Below are positions 61,514-64,000 of a DNA stretch of 64,000 nt, piece after piece (the first letter of the stretch is position 1; each line of letters begins with the position of its first letter). The stretch lies in the NCBI GenBank assembly GCA_050949565.1, contig JBMNFY010000010.1:64001-128000 (forward strand), in the 5' to 3' direction. Below the pieces are notes generated by a model, which was not told the DNA's origin, searched no databases, and worked only from the letters and a program-made list of their open reading frames with translations. This stretch comes from Kiritimatiellia bacterium. Its GTDB lineage: Bacteria > Verrucomicrobiota > Kiritimatiellia > RFP12 > UBA1067. Both the position numbers and the translations under genes were made by a program.

Positions 61514-62713
61514 ATGCAGTTAATTTCAAGCGAGATTCAAAGCCAGATGGCGGGCTCTTCATGGATCCGCCGCATGTTTGAAAAAGGCATTGAGCTGAAA
61601 AAACAGTTCGGCGCAGAGAATGTCTTCGATTTCAGTCTTGGCAACCCAGACATCCCGCCGCCGTCCTGTGCGGCCGACGCATTGCACGGGCTGGCCGAGC
61701 GCGTGGCACGTCCATTTGGTATGGGGTACTGCCCCAACTCTGGCCTGCCGGAGTTCCGCGAAGCATTGGCGGCATATCTGAGCGTGCAGCAACAGGTGAC
61801 GGTGCAGGCCGCGCAGGTGGTGGTCACTTGCGGTGCAGCCGGTGCGCTGACCTCCTTTTTCCGCGCGGTGTTGGAGCCGGGCGACGAAGTGCTCTGTCCC
61901 GCGCCCTATTTTGTCGAGTACGGCTCCTACTGCGGACACTTCGGCGGTGTGCTCAAGGCCATACCGTCGTTGCCGCCCGATTTCCAGCCGGATATCGCGG
62001 CGATCGAAGCGGCGGTGACCGAGCGCACGCGCGTGTTGCTGATCAATTCGCCGAACAACCCGACTGGGTGCGTCTACTCGCAGCGGACGCTGACCGCGTT
62101 GGCTGAGTTGGTCAACCGCGTCAACGCTACACGCAAGCGGCCGCTGTATCTGTTGAGCGACGAGCCCTACCGCTTTTTAGCGTATGACGGTGCGGTGGTG
62201 CCGCCGATTCTGCCGCTGTCGCCATTCGCGCTGGTGTTGGGCTCTTTCTCGAAAAACCTCTCGATGGCCGGTGAGCGTGTGGGGTATCTGGTCGCTAGTC
62301 CCGCTATGCCGGATGTGGCGACGCTCATCAATGCGGTCACCCTGACCAACCGTACGCTGGGTTTCGTGAACGCGCCGGTGCTGGGGCAGCGCCTGGCGAT
62401 GGCGTTACTCAACGAGAGCGTCGATATCTCCGTGTATGCGCGCCGGCGTGAGGCCATGGCGCAGGTATTGCGCGCGGCCGGCATCCGCTTCACGTTGCCG
62501 CAGGGCGCCTTCTACTTTTTCCCGGAAGCACCGGGCGGGGACGACCAGGCCTTTATTCAGGCGCTTCTCGCGCAGAATGTGCTGGCCGTGCCGGGCAGTG
62601 GATTCGGCCTCGGCGGATATTTCCGGTTGAGTTTCAGCGTGGAAGATGCGGTGATCGAGCGTTCGGCGGCTGGTTTCAAAGCCGCTGTCGCTGCTGTGTC
62701 GAGCGCACGCTGA
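61514..62713 (+). CDS. PLP-dependent aminotransferase class I/II (aspartate aminotransferase-like)
   Basis: FSLGNP, INSPNNPTG, SDEPY, SFSKNLSMAGERVGY. Confidence 0.95.
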   Translation: MQLISSEIQSQMAGSSWIRRMFEKGIELKKQFGAENVFDFSLGNPDIPPPSCAADALHGLAERVARPFGMGYCPNSGLPEFREALAAYLSVQQQVTVQAAQVVVTCGAAGALTSFFRAVLEPGDEVLCPAPYFVEYGSYCGHFGGVLKAIPSLPPDFQPDIAAIEAAVTERTRVLLINSPNNPTGCVYSQRTLTALAELVNRVNATRKRPLYLLSDEPYRFLAYDGAVVPPILPLSPFALVLGSFSKNLSMAGERVGYLVASPAMPDVATLINAVTLTNRTLGFVNAPVLGQRLAMALLNESVDISVYARRREAMAQVLRAAGIRFTLPQGAFYFFPEAPGGDDQAFIQALLAQNVLAVPGSGFGLGGYFRLSFSVEDAVIERSAAGFKAAVAAVSSAR

Positions 62714-62753
62714 GCGCGGTAGGATTGTCTTCTTCAAGATGCGGAGGTGCGGG

Positions 62754-64000
62754 ATGATGCGAGTCAAGATCGGTGTCGTCGGAATGTTGGTAGCGTGCGG
62801 CGTTTGGCACTCGGCAGCGAAAGACTTCACAGGGCCGGATGAGTGGCACACGGTCCACACCAACGCGGTAAAGGCTTGGCAAACCGCCCAGTCCAAAGCT
62901 CTGCCCGCCGACACCGTGTGGCGCGGGGTCGTTGCGGACCGGCAGCGGCGCGAGGTGCGCTTGCTGGCCGAGGCGGTCGGACACCGGGTCGGGATTACGG
63001 CGGAGTTTCTGTTGGTGGGGCCGCTGAGCGACCGCGCCTACGAGGCGGTGGCCGTGACGGTCGCGATGCCTGGCGACATCGTGCGCGCCGTTGAAAGTTT
63101 GGGGCTCGCGCGGGGCGGGTGTATCGGCAGCCGTCCGTTTCGCTTCTGGCCCTGCGGTGAACGTATCACGGCTACGGTGCGCCGCCTTGATGTACCGGAT
63201 GCGCCGGCCCGTCCGCTACAGGTTCTAATCAATGACGCAGAGAAAGAGAATCCGCTGGTGGGCGAGGGCGGCCTGGTTTTCACGGGCGCGCGCTGGGAGG
63301 GTGGGGGATGTTCGGCGGACACCAATATGCCGTCTTCTATCATCTCACTGTACAATGCGCCCGACACGGTTTTCGATGTGCCTTTTCGGGTCAGTCAAGG
63401 CGAGGTCTACGGCAGATTGTCGTTGGCGGAGGCTCTGCCGTACGGAGCACCGCTTGAGATCGTACTGCGTCCGCTGATGCCCGCCGATGGGCGCCCGCGT
63501 GTGCTGCCGCTGACAGTTTCGGCCACATGGAATGGCGAACGGGTGACGCTCACCTGCACCCATGCCGACGGAAGCAAGACCAAAGAGGGGGATATGGCCG
63601 AGGTTCTGACTTGGTTGCACGCGCAGTCCGAAGCCGGTCGCGAACCGTATCTGACTATACATTTTGACGATGCGATGCCGCTACGCCGCGCGGTGGGTGT
63701 GGCGCACGTCTTCGACATTGTGGACGGCAAGGGCATCAAACTGGACGGTAAGGCCGACGACGGGCTCTATCCCAGAGCCTTCCTGCCGCAGGAGAAGTGG
63801 CGCGAACACAAGGACCGCCACCCGCAACCGTTCGAGTTGCATGTGACGCAAGCGGAGGGCGGTACGTTGAGTAAGAAACTGGTCTTCATCGAAGAGGATT
63901 GGACGGTCGAGGGACTCGACCCCAAACTCACGCCGCGCGACTATCCGTTCACGGAGTGGGAAGAGTTCCCCAAACTCGTGATAAAGGCCGGCGGAACTGA
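62754..64000 (+). CDS. 3'-truncated secreted YdjY-like domain protein
   Basis: Manual translation MMRVKIGVVGMLVACG...EFLLVGPLSDRAYEAV...LGLARG...FWPCGE...LVFTG; frame stays open to the window end. Confidence 0.7.
   Translation, partial: MMRVKIGVVGMLVACGVWHSAAKDFTGPDEWHTVHTNAVKAWQTAQSKALPADTVWRGVVADRQRREVRLLAEAVGHRVGITAEFLLVGPLSDRAYEAVAVTVAMPGDIVRAVESLGLARGGCIGSRPFRFWPCGERITATVRRLDVPDAPARPLQVLINDAEKENPLVGEGGLVFTGARWEGGGCSADTNMPSSIISLYNAPDTVFDVPFRVSQGEVYGRLSLAEALPYGAPLEIVLRPLMPADGRPRVLPLTVSATWNGERVTLTCTHADGSKTKEGDMAEVLTWLHAQSEAGREPYLTIHFDDAMPLRRAVGVAHVFDIVDGKGIKLDGKADDGLYPRAFLPQEKWREHKDRHPQPFELHVTQAEGGTLSKKLVFIEEDWTVEGLDPKLTPRDYPFTEWEEFPKLVIKAGGT

Overview
GC-rich bacterial chromosome segment. 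The gene repertoire (Tat-exported Gfo/Idh/MocA oxidoreductases, LamG/PA14/beta-helix secreted proteins, YdjY-like protein, squalene-hopene cyclase) suggests a PVC-superphylum organism, probably Kiritimatiellia; this is inference only. Housekeeping genes (gltX, argJ/argB/argD, cca, nadC, coaX, comF, pheST, tRNA-Met, probable 6S RNA) alternate with a carbohydrate-degradation cluster (2x GH10-like, GH5-like, GH13, GH78) and three very large secreted passenger-repeat genes. Most notable: (1) an 844-bp two-gene integron-like cassette (2932-3775) ending in a 43-bp minimal attC-like site and apparently splitting a pre-existing hairpin, with no integrase in the window; (2) the three large secreted proteins lack an autotransporter barrel, all end in a G-[TS]-x4-[KRQ] stop motif (x mostly hydrophobic; candidate sorting signal), and all are disrupted; (3) intergenic spaces filled by a modular mosaic of REP-like palindromes, 9-bp-period triads and 7/14-bp repeats, including an inverted 52-bp core and a copy fused in frame to a lipoprotein gene. 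All product calls come from motif recognition; no database searches were run.
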